From the NCBI GenBank assembly GCA_035506135.1, contig DATJPY010000014.1, positions 23,472 to 87,471 on the forward strand: a stretch of DNA of 64,000 bases. Direction: 5' to 3'. The DNA is from Myxococcota bacterium (GTDB lineage: Bacteria; Myxococcota_A; UBA9160; PR03). A model generated the notes under the pieces. That model ran no database searches. It saw nothing but the letters and a program-made list of their open reading frames with translations, and was not told the DNA's origin. The first letter of the stretch is position 1; the number at the start of each line of letters is the position of its first letter. Below are positions 31,357-40,036 of the stretch, in pieces. A program made the position numbers and the translations under genes.

Positions 31357-31454
31357 ACGCACTTCGAACCGCAGCGAGCGGCCATCTCGCGCCCGGGCGC
31401 GCGGGGCTGCGCGCCTGTCCCGCCCGGGCGCACGGCCGGAGGGAGGAGGGGAAC

Positions 31455-32744
31455 GTGGACGTCCATCGAACGGGGACCCTGTCGGTCCTCGCGCTGCTGC
31501 TCGCGGCCGCACCGCGCCTCGCGCTCGCGGCCCAGACCGACGCGGAGCTCGCCGCGGTCAAGGCCGAGCTCACGCAGACCCAGAACGAGCTCGCCGCGAC
31601 GCGAGCGCAGCTCGCCGTCACCCAGAGCGCGCTCTCGAAGCTCTCGACCAAGGTCGAGGCGCTCGAAGCCGCCGGACCGCAGGCGGCCGCCGCGCCCGAG
31701 CCGAGCGGCCCGCGCATCCCGCCCGTGAACGCCGACAACCCGGCCATCAGCTTCGTGGTCGACACCACGCTCTCCGCCGACACGGAGGACCAGGGCTGGA
31801 ACTTCGCCCTGCGCAGCGGAGAGCTCTTCATGTCGGCGCCGGTGGATCCCTTCGTGCGCGCCTTCGCCACGATCAACGGATCGAGCACCGACGGCTTCGA
31901 CATCGAGGAGGCGGCGATCGTCACGACGTCGCTGCCCTGGAACCTGACCCTCAAGGGCGGCCGCTTCTTCGCCGACGTCGGGCGCATGCCGCACTGGCAC
32001 GACGAGGCGCTGCCCTTCGTGAACCGCCCGCCGTCGATCGACCGCATGTTCGGAGGCGAGACCCAGGCGGAGGGTGCCGAGGTCACCTGGCTGGCGCCGA
32101 CCGAGCACTTCATCCAGGTGAACGCTGGCATCTACAACACGATCGGGGCCGACAACAACGAGCAGCTCCGCGAGGAGGGGTTCCACGGCTACCGCGCCTT
32201 CGACGAGCTCACCTGGCTGGTGCACCCGAACACCTACTTCGACCTCACCGACACGGTGAACCTGGAGGTCGGCGGCACCTACTTCACGGTGGCGCAGAAC
32301 AACCAACGCGACCTCTACGGAGTGGACGTCACGCTGCGCCACCAGCCGGGCACGAGCGGCGCCTACCAGGGCCTGGTCCTCGGCACCGAGTGGTACTGGA
32401 ACAACGAGCGGTTCGCGGACGTGCCGCTGGGCTTCGATCCCGCGACCGGCGAGCAGCGGACCGGCAACCACCGCTACGACCGGAACGGCGGCTACGCCTA
32501 TCTCGAGACCTTCTGGAACCGCCGCTACTCGTTCGGCGTGCGCGCCGACTTCGCCGAGGACATCCAGGGCGGCGCGCGCAGCCAGCGCACCTACTCGGCC
32601 TTCGCGACCTGGATGCCGTCCGAGTTCCAGCGGATCCGCCTCCAGTTCGACGAGATCACCGGGAACGTCAACGAGAATCAGCAGGTCACGCTCCAGTGGA
32701 CCGCCTTCATGGGGAGTCATTCGCATGGCTTCGCGATGCGCTGA
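31455..32744 (+). CDS. putative outer-membrane beta-barrel (porin-like) protein with N-terminal coiled coil
   Basis: 429 aa. Signal peptide (LALLLAAAPRLALAAQ), then a heptad-like segment (AELAAVKAELTQTQNELAATRAQLAVTQSALSKLSTKVEALEAA). The rest has alternating aromatic/Gly/Asn/Asp beta-strand-like composition and a His-rich end, GSHSHGFAMR. Confidence 0.65.
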   Translation: MDVHRTGTLSVLALLLAAAPRLALAAQTDAELAAVKAELTQTQNELAATRAQLAVTQSALSKLSTKVEALEAAGPQAAAAPEPSGPRIPPVNADNPAISFVVDTTLSADTEDQGWNFALRSGELFMSAPVDPFVRAFATINGSSTDGFDIEEAAIVTTSLPWNLTLKGGRFFADVGRMPHWHDEALPFVNRPPSIDRMFGGETQAEGAEVTWLAPTEHFIQVNAGIYNTIGADNNEQLREEGFHGYRAFDELTWLVHPNTYFDLTDTVNLEVGGTYFTVAQNNQRDLYGVDVTLRHQPGTSGAYQGLVLGTEWYWNNERFADVPLGFDPATGEQRTGNHRYDRNGGYAYLETFWNRRYSFGVRADFAEDIQGGARSQRTYSAFATWMPSEFQRIRLQFDEITGNVNENQQVTLQWTAFMGSHSHGFAMR

Positions 32745-33672
32745 GCTCGTCCTGGCCGGCCTCGTCTGGCTGGCCCTCGCGCTTCCCGCGCAGGCCGCGA
32801 TCAGGGTGGTGGCGTCGACGCCCGAGGTGGCCGACATGGCGCGCCAGATCGGGGGCGACCGCGTCGAGGTGGTGACGATCGCCGAGGGAAGCCAGGACCC
32901 CCACAAGGTCCCGGTGAAGCCGAGCTTCGTCACCAAGCTCAACCGCGCGGACGCACTGATCGTGAACGGGCTCGGCCTCGAGCATGCCTACATCCCGGCG
33001 CTGCTCGAGGTGGCGAGCAATCCCAAGATCCTGCCGACGGGACCCGCCTACATCGACGCGTCGATCTACATCCAGCCGCTCGAGGTGCCGACCAGCCAGA
33101 ATCGAGCGCAGGGCGAGCTGCACCCGCTCGGCAACCCGCACTTCAGCATGGATCCGGTGCGCGGCAAGCTGATGGCGAAGGCGATCGCGGAGGGGCTGGC
33201 CCGCGTCGATCCGGGCGGCGCCGCGGCGTATCAGGACGGGCTCGCGCGCTTCACCGCCCTGCTCGACCGCAAGATCGCGGAGTGGCAGCAGCTCGCGGCG
33301 CCGCTGCGCGGTGTGAAGGCGGTCTCGTACCATCAGGACCTGATCTACCTGGCGGACCGCTTCGGCCTCGACATGGTCGGGACGATCGAGACCAAGCCCG
33401 GGGTGCCGGCGACGCCGGCGCATCTCGAGGAGCTGATCGACACCATGCGGCGCGAGCAGGTCAAGCTGGTGATCCGCGAGATCGCCTACGAGCTCCCGCT
33501 CGCGCAGAAGGTGGCCGACGAGACCGGCGCGCGGGTGGTCACCATCTCGAGCCTGGCCGGAGGCCTCGGCACGACGACCTACGTCGACTTCGTCGAGGCC
33601 AACCTGCGGGCGCTCGTGGCCGGCGTGCAGGGAGCGCCGGCCGCGCCCGCACACGCCGGCGCGCCGGGCTGA
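32725..33672 (+). CDS. metal ABC transporter substrate-binding protein, ZnuA/TroA family (second copy)
   Basis: 315 aa. The start overlaps the barrel gene by 20 nt. Signal peptide LALALPAQAA and conserved His positions (QDPHKVP, NPHFSMDP, SYHQDLIYL). Confidence 0.85.
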   Translation: MASRCAELVLAGLVWLALALPAQAAIRVVASTPEVADMARQIGGDRVEVVTIAEGSQDPHKVPVKPSFVTKLNRADALIVNGLGLEHAYIPALLEVASNPKILPTGPAYIDASIYIQPLEVPTSQNRAQGELHPLGNPHFSMDPVRGKLMAKAIAEGLARVDPGGAAAYQDGLARFTALLDRKIAEWQQLAAPLRGVKAVSYHQDLIYLADRFGLDMVGTIETKPGVPATPAHLEELIDTMRREQVKLVIREIAYELPLAQKVADETGARVVTISSLAGGLGTTTYVDFVEANLRALVAGVQGAPAAPAHAGAPG

Positions 33673-33675
33673 CGC

Positions 33676-34329
33676 ATGGACCAGCCGCTGCTGCGCGTCG
33701 AGGGCGCGGCCTTCGGCTACGCGGGGCGCCCGGTGGTGCAGGGCGCGTCGCTCGAGGTGCGGCCGCGCGAGTTCGCAATCCTGGTCGGCTCCAACGGCAG
33801 CGGGAAGACGACGCTCCTGCGCGGGCTGCTCGGCTTCCTGCCGCCGCTGGCCGGCCGGGTCGAGCGCCGGCCCGGCCTCCGCATCGGCTACGTGCCGCAG
33901 CGCGAGACACTCGATCCGCTGTATCCGCTCTCGGCCGCCGACGTGGTGCTCCTCGGCGCCTGGCGCGACCTCCCCTTCTGGCGCTTCTCGGGGGCGCGCG
34001 AGCGGACCCGCGCGCGGGAGGCGCTCGACGCCTGCCGCGCGAGCGGCTTCGCGCGCCAGCGCTACGCCGAGCTCTCGGGCGGCCAGCGCCAGCGCGTGCT
34101 GCTCGCGCGTGCGCTCGCCACCCAGCCGGAGCTCCTGCTGCTCGACGAGCCGACCGCGGGCGTCGATGCCGAGACCGAGCGCGGCCTGCTCGATCTCCTC
34201 CACGATCTCTGCCACGAGCGTGGGCTCGCGATCTGGATGGTCACGCACCACGTCCAGGCCGTCGGAACGCGGAGCGATCGCATCGTGTCCGTCTCCCACG
34301 GACGCGTCCACCTGGGCCGCGCCGCATGA
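33676..34329 (+). CDS. metal ABC transporter ATP-binding protein (second copy)
   Basis: 217 aa. Walker A GSNGSGKTT, signature LSGGQRQRV and Walker B LLLLDEPT. Confidence 0.88.
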   Translation: MDQPLLRVEGAAFGYAGRPVVQGASLEVRPREFAILVGSNGSGKTTLLRGLLGFLPPLAGRVERRPGLRIGYVPQRETLDPLYPLSAADVVLLGAWRDLPFWRFSGARERTRAREALDACRASGFARQRYAELSGGQRQRVLLARALATQPELLLLDEPTAGVDAETERGLLDLLHDLCHERGLAIWMVTHHVQAVGTRSDRIVSVSHGRVHLGRAA

Positions 34330-35762
34330 GCGAGATCTTCTCGCCCGACTTCCTGTTCCGGAACGCCATCCTCGGCGGGCTCGGCGTCGCGCTGCTGTGC
34401 TCGGTCGTCGGCGTCTACCTGGTGCTGCGGCGGCTCGTGCTGATCGGCGTGGCGCTGCCGCAGGCGAGCGCCGCCGGCGTCGCCGCGGTGTTCCTCGCGA
34501 CCGGACACGGCCAGGGCGAAGGGCACGGCACCCATGGCCTGGCGCTGCTCGGGTCGCTGCTCACCACCTTCGCCGCGCTGGCCGGGCTCGTGGCGGCGCA
34601 GCGGCGCGCGCGCGCACCCGCCGAGTGGGGGATCGGCGCGCTCTTCGCGATCGCCTCCGCCGCGACCATCCTCTTCATCGCGCTCAATCCCAAGGGCGAC
34701 ATCGAGATGTCCGGCCTCCTGCGCGGCGAGCTGCTCGCGATCACGCCGAGCGACCTCCACGTGCTCGGCGCGGCGCTGCTCGCCGCAGGCATCCCGTTCT
34801 TCCTGTTCCGGCGCGACCTCCTGCTCTGCTCCTTCGACCCCGAGTTCGCGCGCACGATCGACCGCAATCCGGTGCGCTACGACGCGCTCTTGTACGCGCT
34901 GATCGGCGGCAGCATCGCGCTCGGCGTGATGGAGGCGGGACCGCTCGTCGTCTTCGGGTTCCTGGTGCTGCCGGCGCTGGCGGCGCTCCATCTGGCCGGC
35001 GGCCTCGGGGCGGCCTTCGCGATCTCGGCGGCGATCGCGGCCTCGTCGTTCCTCGGCGGATTCGCGCTCGCCTACCGCGCCGACCTGCCGGCTGGGCCGG
35101 TGTGCGTCGGGGTGGCGGCGGTGGCGTGGCTCGCCGCGGCGTTGGCCGCGCGCCTGCGCGGCCGGCGCCGCGCGCTGGCGACGCTGCTCGTGCTCGGGGC
35201 CGCCGGCGCGGCGTCGCTACCCGGCTGCGCGACACGCGGCGGGCGCGCCGAGCTCCCGGCTCCCGAGCCTGGCCGCGCGATCGCGGTGCTCCCCTTCGAC
35301 AACCAGACCGGCGATCCGCTGCGGATTCCCTCGGACCTGTTCTGGAAGGACGTCCCGCGCGCGCTCGGCGATCCCTTCGCACCGCCGAGCCCCACGGTTC
35401 CCGACCTGCTCGCCCAGCGCGCGGGCATCGAGCTCGCGCGCCGCGGCTTCGAGATCGTCCCTCCCGACCGGGTGCGCTCGGCGATCTCGCACGCCCCCGC
35501 GGACCCGGCCACCGCTGCGCGGCTCGCGCTGCAGGCCGGATTCGGCGGGCCGTTGCTGCTCGGCACGCTGCGCCGCTTCACCGTGACCGACACGGTCCTG
35601 CTCGTGCGCCTCGAGCTCTCGCTGGTCGACCCGAAGACGCGGCAGGTGCTGTGGACCGGCGAGGCGCGCCAGCCCGTGCCGATCCCCGCCGCGCAGACCC
35701 TGCCCGAGATCGTGCTCGACGCCGGCGGCCCGATCTTCGCAGACGCCTTCGACAAGCACTGA
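34326..35762 (+). CDS. metal ABC transporter permease (ABC-3, ZnuB-like) continuing in frame into a lipoprotein-like C-terminal module
   Basis: 478-aa ORF, with ATG 34326 overlapping the upstream stop (ATGA). The first ~270 aa are an ABC-3 permease (FLFRNAILGGLGVALLCSVVGVYLVLRR; SFDPEFARTIDRNP) with a His/Gly loop TGHGQGEGHGTHG. The last ~205 aa are a distinct soluble module. Confidence 0.8.
   Translation: MSEIFSPDFLFRNAILGGLGVALLCSVVGVYLVLRRLVLIGVALPQASAAGVAAVFLATGHGQGEGHGTHGLALLGSLLTTFAALAGLVAAQRRARAPAEWGIGALFAIASAATILFIALNPKGDIEMSGLLRGELLAITPSDLHVLGAALLAAGIPFFLFRRDLLLCSFDPEFARTIDRNPVRYDALLYALIGGSIALGVMEAGPLVVFGFLVLPALAALHLAGGLGAAFAISAAIAASSFLGGFALAYRADLPAGPVCVGVAAVAWLAAALAARLRGRRRALATLLVLGAAGAASLPGCATRGGRAELPAPEPGRAIAVLPFDNQTGDPLRIPSDLFWKDVPRALGDPFAPPSPTVPDLLAQRAGIELARRGFEIVPPDRVRSAISHAPADPATAARLALQAGFGGPLLLGTLRRFTVTDTVLLVRLELSLVDPKTRQVLWTGEARQPVPIPAAQTLPEIVLDAGGPIFADAFDKH
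35142..35762 (+). CDS. possible nested in-frame lipoprotein (TolB-N/LpoB/DUF799-like)
   Basis: In-frame TTG 35142 would give MAARLRGRRRALATLLVLGAAGAASLPGC, which has a basic n-region, an h-region and an L-P-G-C lipobox. The mature part contains AIAVLPFDNQTGDP, a hallmark of small TolB-N/LpoB-type lipoproteins. Confidence 0.35.
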   Translation: MAARLRGRRRALATLLVLGAAGAASLPGCATRGGRAELPAPEPGRAIAVLPFDNQTGDPLRIPSDLFWKDVPRALGDPFAPPSPTVPDLLAQRAGIELARRGFEIVPPDRVRSAISHAPADPATAARLALQAGFGGPLLLGTLRRFTVTDTVLLVRLELSLVDPKTRQVLWTGEARQPVPIPAAQTLPEIVLDAGGPIFADAFDKH

Positions 35763-35771
35763 GATTCGTCG

Positions 35772-37313
35772 TCACCGAAGCGTGTCGAGCCAGGCGCGCG
35801 CCACCTCGGCCGGCGTGCGCCCCTCCTGGTCGACGTCGCGGTTGAGCTCCCGCATCGTCTCCGCGTCGATCCGGCCTTCCAGACCCCCGAGCTTGCGCAC
35901 CACGTCCGGGCGCTCGCGGGCCAGGCGCGGGCCCACCAGCACCACGGCGTCGTAGGGCGGGATCACCCCGCGGTCGTCGCGCAACGCGGTGAGGCCGAGC
36001 GCGGCGAGGCGGCCGTCGGTCGAGAACGCGCTGATCACGTCGACCTGGCCGTCCGCCACGGCCTGGTACATCAACGAGGGATCCATCGAGCTCGCCCGCC
36101 GGAACGCGAAGCCGTAGGTCCCGACCAGCGCCTGCCACTCGGGCCTCGCGAGGAACTCGTAGTCGGCGCCGATCTCGAGCTCGGGCGCGTGCGCCGCGAG
36201 ATCGCTGAGCGTGGCGATGCCGAGTGAGCGCGCGCGGTCGGCCCGCATCGCGAGCGCGTAGGTGTTCTCGAAGCCGAGCGCCGCCGCCACCGTCACTCCC
36301 TGCTCGGCCTGCAGCCGGCGCCGCACCTCGTCGAGCAGCGCGGCGCGCGTCCCGGGTGCGCCGCGGCCCTTGAGCACGTTGGCCCAGAGCGTTCCGGTGT
36401 AGTCGACGTAGACGTCGACCTCGCCGCTGCGAAGGGCGTCGAAGAGAACCGTCGAGCCGAGCGACTGGAGCGGCCGCGTCGGAAGGCCGGCATCCCGCTC
36501 GAGGAAGTCGGCCAGCAGGTCCGAGAGGATGTACTGCTCGGTGAAGGTCTTGGCGCCGATCACGATCGGGCGCGCCGCCTCGGCGCTCCGCACGTTGGCG
36601 AGCGCCGCCGTCACCCCGAGCGCGACGAGCAGGCCGGCGGCGGTCGCCGTGAGCGCCCGCCGCCGCTCGCGCACCCCGCGCTCCACCAGACCGATCGCAC
36701 GGTCGAGCACGAACGCGAGGCCCGCGGCCGAGACGCACCCGAGCGACACCGCGGCATAGTTGCGGGTCTGGAGCCCGCTGAAGATGTAGTTGCCGAGGCT
36801 CGCGGCGCCCACCGGCGTCGAGAGCGTGGCCGTGCCGACCACCCAGACCGCGGCCGTCCGCAGGCCCGCGACCATCACGGGCAGCGCGAGGGGGATCTCG
36901 ACCCGCCAGAGCTGCTGGCGTGGCGTCATGCCGACGCCCCGCGCCGCCTCGCGGCACGCGGGGTCGACGCCGCGCAGGCCGGCGACGGTGTTCTGGAGGA
37001 TCGGGAGGACACCGTAGAGCGTCAGCGCGGCGAGCGCCGGTCCGTAGCCGATCGCTCGCACCTCGAAGCCGAAGAGCCGCGACGTCACGAGGCCCAGCGC
37101 CGCGAGCGCCGGCACCATGAAGGCGAGCAGCGCGAGGCTCGGGATCGTCTGGAGCGCGCCGGCGAGCGCGAGCAGCGCCGGCGCCGCGCGCGGCCGGCGC
37201 CCGAGCCAGACGCCCAGCGGGACGGCGACCGCGGCCGCGATCGCCAGCGCGGCGAGCGAGAGCTCGAGGTGAGCGCTGAGGTACTCGGGAAAGCGCGCCC
37301 AGAGCTCCTTCAA
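35772..37313 (-). CDS. osmoprotectant (glycine betaine/choline-type) ABC transporter permease fused to substrate-binding domain
   Basis: 513 aa. The N-terminal half is a multi-TM permease. The C-terminal half is an OpuBC/OsmX-type binding domain (IVIGAKTFTEQYILSDLLA, VDVYVDYTGTLWANVLK). Confidence 0.85.
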   Translation of the reverse strand: MKELWARFPEYLSAHLELSLAALAIAAAVAVPLGVWLGRRPRAAPALLALAGALQTIPSLALLAFMVPALAALGLVTSRLFGFEVRAIGYGPALAALTLYGVLPILQNTVAGLRGVDPACREAARGVGMTPRQQLWRVEIPLALPVMVAGLRTAAVWVVGTATLSTPVGAASLGNYIFSGLQTRNYAAVSLGCVSAAGLAFVLDRAIGLVERGVRERRRALTATAAGLLVALGVTAALANVRSAEAARPIVIGAKTFTEQYILSDLLADFLERDAGLPTRPLQSLGSTVLFDALRSGEVDVYVDYTGTLWANVLKGRGAPGTRAALLDEVRRRLQAEQGVTVAAALGFENTYALAMRADRARSLGIATLSDLAAHAPELEIGADYEFLARPEWQALVGTYGFAFRRASSMDPSLMYQAVADGQVDVISAFSTDGRLAALGLTALRDDRGVIPPYDAVVLVGPRLARERPDVVRKLGGLEGRIDAETMRELNRDVDQEGRTPAEVARAWLDTLR

Positions 37314-38086
37314 TCCGCCTCCGCGGCCGGCGCGCGCAGGAGCGCCTCGAGCTGCTCGGCCTGGCGCCGCGGCGTGTCCATGAGCCGAGCGACCGCCTCG
37401 CTGGCCGGCGCGAGAAGGAGCTCGCGCGGGGTCCCGAGCTGGACCAGGCGCCCGACGTCGAGGACGGCGATGCGATCGCCCAGGCGCAGCGCCTCCGCCA
37501 CGTCGTGCGTCACGAAGAGCGTGGTGATGCCGAGCCGGTGGCGGATCTCCTGGAAGCGCTCCTGCAGCAGATCGCGGGTGAGGGGATCGAGCGCCCCGAA
37601 CGGCTCGTCCATCAGCAGGACCTCGGGGTTCGCGGCCAGCGCGCGCGCCAGCCCCACGCGCTGCTGCTGTCCGCCCGACAGCGCCGCGGGCACGCGGTCG
37701 CGGTAGCGGTCCGGCGGCAGATCCACCAGCTCGAGCAGCTCGTCGACGCGCGCGCGCACCCGCGCCGCGTCCCAGCCGAGGAGCTGCGGCGTCACGCCCA
37801 CGTTGTCGGCCACCGAGAGGTGCGGGAAGAGCCCCACCTGCTGGAAGCAGTAGCCGATACGCCGGCGCAGCTCGGGTCCCGGCACACCGCTCGTGTCGCG
37901 GCCGCCGATCGCGATGCGCCCGCCGCTCGGCTCGATCAGCCGGTTCACCATCTTGAGCGTCGTGGTCTTGCCGCAGCCCGAGCCGCCGAGCAGCACGAGC
38001 AGCTCGCCGTCGGCGACGCGCAGCGAGAGGTCGTCCACCGCGACCACGTCGCCGTAGCGCTTGCTCACGCGCTCGAGCTCGATCAC
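37310..38086 (-). CDS. ABC transporter ATP-binding protein (osmoprotectant type)
   Basis: 258 aa. Walker A GGSGCGKTT, signature LSGGQQQRV and Walker B LLMDEPFGALD. The stop overlaps the downstream permease start. Confidence 0.9.
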   Translation of the reverse strand: MIELERVSKRYGDVVAVDDLSLRVADGELLVLLGGSGCGKTTTLKMVNRLIEPSGGRIAIGGRDTSGVPGPELRRRIGYCFQQVGLFPHLSVADNVGVTPQLLGWDAARVRARVDELLELVDLPPDRYRDRVPAALSGGQQQRVGLARALAANPEVLLMDEPFGALDPLTRDLLQERFQEIRHRLGITTLFVTHDVAEALRLGDRIAVLDVGRLVQLGTPRELLLAPASEAVARLMDTPRRQAEQLEALLRAPAAEAD

Positions 38087-38151
38087 GGCGCCATCCTATG
38101 TCGTCTCCCCGCAGCGCGCGAACCGCGCCGCGCGGACGCTATGCTGCGCCG

Positions 38152-38904
38152 ATGCCGTTGCGCGCCGTCCTGTTCGATCTCTTCGACACGCTCGTCGACC
38201 TTCCGCCGCAGCGGCTCCCGCCCGCGGAGGTGGGCGCCCTGGCCGCCCGCTCGAGCGCGGGCGCGCTCCACGCCGCCATCGCCGAGCGAGCTCCGGTCGA
38301 GTTCGAGCGCTTCGCCGCGGCGCTGCGCGCGGTCGACCGCGACTGGAGGGACACCGCCGACGGGCGCGAGCTTCCGAGCGTCGAGCGCTTCCGGCGCGTG
38401 TGCACGAGGCTCGACGTGCCGGATTCCGATCTCCCGGAACGCCTGACGGCGCTACACATGGGCATGATCGAGGGGCTGGCCGAGACGCCTCCGCATCACG
38501 CCGGCGTCCTCGACGCGCTGCGCGCGCACGCGCGGATCGGACTCTGCTCGAACTTCAGCCATGCGCCGACGGCGCTCGCCATCCTCGAGAAGGCCGGGCT
38601 GCGCGGGCGCCTCGACGCCATCGCGATCTCGCACGAGGTCGGGCTGCGCAAGCCCCGCCGAGAGATCTTCGAGGCCGCGCTCGCGCAACTGGGCGTCGCC
38701 GCCGGCGACGCGGTGCACGTCGGCGACAGCCTCGACGCCGACGTCGGCGGAGCGGCCGCGTGCGGGCTGCGGACGGTCTGGGTCACCCGCCAGGTGGCGG
38801 ATCCGGACGCGGCCCTGGCGCGCCACCGCGGCTCGAGGCCCGACTGGATCGTCCGCGATCTCGCGGAGATCCCTCCGCTTCTCTCGAAGGTCCCGGAGCT
38901 CTAG
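38152..38904 (+). CDS. HAD family hydrolase
   Basis: Track ORF 38098-38904. ATG 38152 gives MPLRAVLFDLFDTLVD (motif I DxxDT). Also GLCSNFS, GLRKPRREIF and VHVGDSLDADVGGA. Confidence 0.85.
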   Translation: MPLRAVLFDLFDTLVDLPPQRLPPAEVGALAARSSAGALHAAIAERAPVEFERFAAALRAVDRDWRDTADGRELPSVERFRRVCTRLDVPDSDLPERLTALHMGMIEGLAETPPHHAGVLDALRAHARIGLCSNFSHAPTALAILEKAGLRGRLDAIAISHEVGLRKPRREIFEAALAQLGVAAGDAVHVGDSLDADVGGAAACGLRTVWVTRQVADPDAALARHRGSRPDWIVRDLAEIPPLLSKVPEL

Positions 38905-40025
38905 GCCGAACGACCCGGCAGCGCCAGCGCGGGATCGAACCAGGCCAGGATGTGGTCGTTCTCCTCGCTCGGATAGGTGTGCGAGAGATCCTCGATCTCG
39001 CGATAGACGAGCGCTGCGCCGGCGCCCTCGAGCTCGTCGCGCGCGAGCCGCGCGAGCGCCACCGGGAAGAGCCAGTCGAGCGCGCCGTGCACCAGGTGGA
39101 TCCGGCGGCCAGATGCCCGCTCCCGTCCCCCGCGCCCGAGCGCCGCCGGATGCAGCACGCCCGACACCGGCGCCAGCGCCGAGTACGGCGCCTCCGGGAG
39201 GAGCCCGGCCAGCAGCGTGAAGGTGGCGCCATCGGAGAGGCCCGTGAGCAGCACGCGCGCCCGGTCGACGGGCCAGCGCTCGGACACCCAATCGACCATC
39301 GAGGCGAGCCGCCGTGCGTCCACCTCCGGCGCGTCGAGCGACCACGTCGCGCCTCGGGACGTCGGCGCCAGCAGCAGGAAGCCGCGGCCGCGCGCCTCTC
39401 GCAGCCACGTCCACAAAAAGTCGCGGCCGTGCCCCGAGCCGCCGTGCAGCGCCACCACGAGCGGCCGCGGCGTGGCGGCGTCGAGCCACTCGGGCACGTA
39501 CAGCGAGAAGCCCCCGCGCGCGTCCGGCTGGTCGGCGTCGCCCGCGACGTGCAGGCCGACGCGATCGGGTGTCGGATCCGGATCGAGACGCGCAAGCCGG
39601 TCGTGGAACGCGGGCTCGACGAAGTGGCGGCCGAGAGGGGGCAACGCGACCCGAAGCGGATAGAGCGACTCCAGCGCGCGGCAATGGTGTCGGAAGCTCG
39701 CGAGCACGCGCGCGACTGCCTCGCCCGGGGGACCGGACGCGGAGAAGCCGCGCAGCGCATCGAGCGTCGAGCCCGCACCCACGGTGAGCTGCTCGGAGAA
39801 CGGCACGAGAGCCCCCGGCGCGGCCAGCGCCCGGAACGCGTCGAGCGCCTCGTCGAGGCGCTCCGAGGCGACTCCGAGCACCTGCCGCAGACGCGGGATC
39901 GCGGGGGGGTGCAGGTGGCGCCGCGCGGTGTCGAGCCCCTCGAGGCCCGCCAACGTGGCGGCGCCGAGACGCGTGAGCGCGCGTCCCCACTCCTCCGAGA
40001 TCTCGGGAGGCGTCGCGGCATCCAT
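38901..40025 (-). CDS. alpha/beta hydrolase (phospholipase/carboxylesterase-like) with helical N-terminal extension
   Basis: 374 aa from ATG 40025 within track ORF 38901-41426. VVALHGGSGHGRDFLWTW, the LTGLSDGAT nucleophile elbow and VHGALDWLFP. Confidence 0.75.
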   Translation of the reverse strand: MDAATPPEISEEWGRALTRLGAATLAGLEGLDTARRHLHPPAIPRLRQVLGVASERLDEALDAFRALAAPGALVPFSEQLTVGAGSTLDALRGFSASGPPGEAVARVLASFRHHCRALESLYPLRVALPPLGRHFVEPAFHDRLARLDPDPTPDRVGLHVAGDADQPDARGGFSLYVPEWLDAATPRPLVVALHGGSGHGRDFLWTWLREARGRGFLLLAPTSRGATWSLDAPEVDARRLASMVDWVSERWPVDRARVLLTGLSDGATFTLLAGLLPEAPYSALAPVSGVLHPAALGRGGRERASGRRIHLVHGALDWLFPVALARLARDELEGAGAALVYREIEDLSHTYPSEENDHILAWFDPALALPGRSA

Positions 40026-40036
40026 CGCGGAGCCCG

